From assembly GCF_001194135.2 (NCBI RefSeq), contig NC_068987.1, positions 75,223,318 to 75,287,317 of the forward strand: a stretch of DNA of 64,000 nt, given 5' to 3'. Positions within the stretch are counted from its first letter, which is position 1; each line of letters starts with the position of its first letter. This document shows, one piece after another, positions 61,300-64,000 of the stretch. Source of the DNA: Octopus bimaculoides (taxonomy: Eukaryota). Under the pieces are notes generated by a model. The model had not been told where the DNA came from, made no database searches, and saw nothing but the letters and a program-made list of their open reading frames with translations. Made by a program: the position numbers and the translations under genes.

Positions 61300-64000
61300 C
61301 TCTAAAGCAAATGTACTATAACAACAGATCTAGAACACAAGATGAAATCCAACTAGGCATCATGCTTTGTGTACACAGATAAATATTGAATTGAATCTAT
61401 GATCTGGTGTCCAAGGAAACAGCTGGTGATTTGCACCAACAAAAGACTACTCATAAAAGTTCAGAGAGCAAAAATAAAATCACAGTGAGTTGATTTGCTA
61501 TGAGGAGTGAAAAATCCAACATTTTGGATGACATTTATTCTTGTTTGGACAGAAAGACTATAAAAGCTAATACCATCTTTCATCTTTCTGTGAATGTGGT
61601 ATTAATATCTCTATTTTTTACTCCAAATGAAAAGTATCGCAAACATTGGATATTTTGGTCCCTCACAACAAATCAATGCATTGTAATTTATATTTTTCTT
61701 TGAATTTAAATGGATAGAAATTTGCAGGAAACAAAACCATTCTTGGTCAGGAATGATGTGAAGTATGTCACAAAAATGTGGGAGGAATCCTATGATTGTT
61801 TCAAGAAAGACACTTAGCTCTGTTATATTTCCATCAAGTGGGTACACCACAGTACATCAATAAGGGAGCCTCTCTATGATCACTGGTCATGCTAGAAATA
61901 AGAGCTCGAGTGACCATATCCCACTCAAATCCCAACCCTACTGTCTTAAAACGAAGACATTTGAAATAATACATGATAGATTACCACTATTAGGATGGTA
62001 TGCTCATGACGGGAGTCATGAGTCTGCTTGATCACAACTGACTTGTAATCAAAGAGAAGAAAACTCTATGCTGCACTATCATAGACATAAAAATTGTAGG
62101 TAGGGAGGAAGAGGCATTTTTTAAAGAAGTAACCGAAGCTAAGAAAATGAATTTGCAGGAGAATTTTAAGTTTCTTCCGGTAAAAATAATTCGGCATTTG
62201 CTGTTACGATTAAAGGTATTCCAACCGTTGTCATCCCGTCTTTTTTCTATGTGAAAGGAATCCAAATCCACATTCTCCAACGTGTCTTTTTCTAAGATAG
62301 TACGATGTGATTTGATTGAGACTTAGCTGCTTTTTCTAGCAGGTAGAACGACAACGTAGAAGCTCCCTCGTCGGTTCGGTAATTCAGTAATAGCATTGTT
62401 TAGGTTTTGAAAGGAGGGCCAGTGGGTGTACTGTGTTGGTTAGTGAATCTTTGCCACTCGGTGATGAACGTATAGATTATTTAAATATTCTCTCTATACA
62501 AAGAAAAATGTTCGTTTACACAAGCCGATAAAATTATTTATTAAATTTACATATAACAACACTAATTGCTACTTTACGAATAATTTATTATTATAGACAT
62601 AGACTAAATTTAAAGTTTCTTCATAACTAAAATTCCTTATTTAATTATGCCCAAGTGAAAACCAAACAGCCAACAAACATATCTGCAAAGGTCAACTCAC
62701 CGGCATATAGTGCTTTCATATGTTGTTATTTCACGTAAGAATACTATATTTTCAAAACATTCGCAGTCGTATATGAATATTTCTTCGTAAAACGGATGAC
62801 GATATCTTCAGTCGAAGTTTGTTAGAGTTACCTTCCCTGATACCTAACTCTTTACAGTCAGTCTGTAAAATTATTTAATGGAAGCAGTTTTGTAAACGTC
62901 AATGAAAGAATGTTATACCCACAGAGACCAATTTTCTTTAATGACAAATATTATTTTATTTCGTTGAGTAGGGGAGATAACTACGGATTTGTGATGATCC
63001 CCCCCCCCCACCACCATCGACTTGCAAAAGTAGTTGTGAGGATAATTAAGTTGGATGATATACACAGATTGGTGTAGAAAACTAGACTGTCTTTTTAACA
63101 CTAGTATGACCGGACTTTTCACGTACCTTTAAGAGCCAGTGTACATTAAAAGGCTACCCCCACCCATAGAGCTACCCCCACCTCATTTTCCCCGCAGCAG
63201 AAATAAAGAACCTTTTTGAATTAGTGTTGTGTACACTGTATATGCTGACATGATTGAATGAAACTAGCTTGAACATGATGAAAGGAGTTCCATCATGTTC
63301 CCTTCCCCCATCACTGTTACAAGTACACCGACAAATGGCTTAGTGCATGAAATAGTAGTCAGCAGCCTGAGAAGATGACTGTTCGTATATTGTATTTGGT
63401 ACCATGTCTCTGGTCAAGACAATTCTCAAACGGTCTAATCTACCTAGTTGTGGTTAACTAATACGAGTTAGGAGTAGCTTATCAATGCAAGTAGTTAATT
63501 TGACAAGTGTTTCGGTAGGTTACTGCGATGAGTTTGATGTCCTCCCGTACGAAAAATAAACAAACAAATAAATAAAGCTTTCAATGGGACCAGTGTCTTA
63601 TTTAAGAGAAGATTGTATATCCTCCGCGTAATGCTTTCCAAAATCGGAAATAAGCATCAGACTTTAATGAGTCCTTATGATTTGGTAATAGATTAACTGC
63701 TTTTAGCTTGATGCACAGTTACTGTCTTAACCCCGCTCTTCTGTTGTTTACTATGGCGATGAACAATATTTTGGTCAATGTATCTCTTGTCAAATATCAA
63801 GGAGCATCAATACTAGGTGGTAGTTTGGTGAAAGAAAACTTGATTTTACATATTAGAAACTATGAAATATAAATTTTGAAATACTCTTGCACGTTGGCTC
63901 ATGTTGAAGGGACGCAACTCTTCCTTAATCGATATAGCGGTGGTAAAAGTGAATAATATAGTTACCTCCCATAGATAAAAATAATAGATGATTCTTGAGT

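Noticed and set aside
63271-63300. 10-bp perfect stem gaacatgatg/catcatgttc
   Set aside because: Short isolated hairpin expected by chance in 64 kb; no supporting context

Overview
Eukaryotic, AT-rich, repeat-dense genomic DNA with four assembly gaps. It is most likely an octopus or other coleoid cephalopod; this is inferred from the SINE/RTE repeat content and a long single-exon C2H2 array, not from a search. Two protein genes are supported, both on the minus strand. (1) THOC1 (THO complex subunit 1): 14 coding exons traced by hand from ATG 28465 to 7147. All have GT-AG boundaries and consistent phases (1211 nt, 403 codons + 2 nt), and the gene continues beyond the left edge of the window. 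(2) A 670-aa tandem C2H2 zinc-finger ORF (37194-39206; 23 finger units, 4 degenerate). The rest is introns and intergenic DNA filled with decayed transposons: mariner, Tc1, hAT/Buster, Gypsy, RTE, CR1-like and RLE-type LINEs, Penelope-like elements and several tRNA-derived SINE families. Notable structures: two minimal hammerhead ribozyme motifs in THOC1 introns (antisense to the gene); two MITEs with GG-ended TIRs and 8-bp TSDs (Merlin-like) that share an outer shell but carry different cores, one a nested palindrome around a telomere-repeat cUUCGg hairpin; a perfect 73-bp palindrome; and several inverted repeat pairs that could form dsRNA. I found no convincing novel protein-coding system; the best leads are RNA or DNA structural elements.
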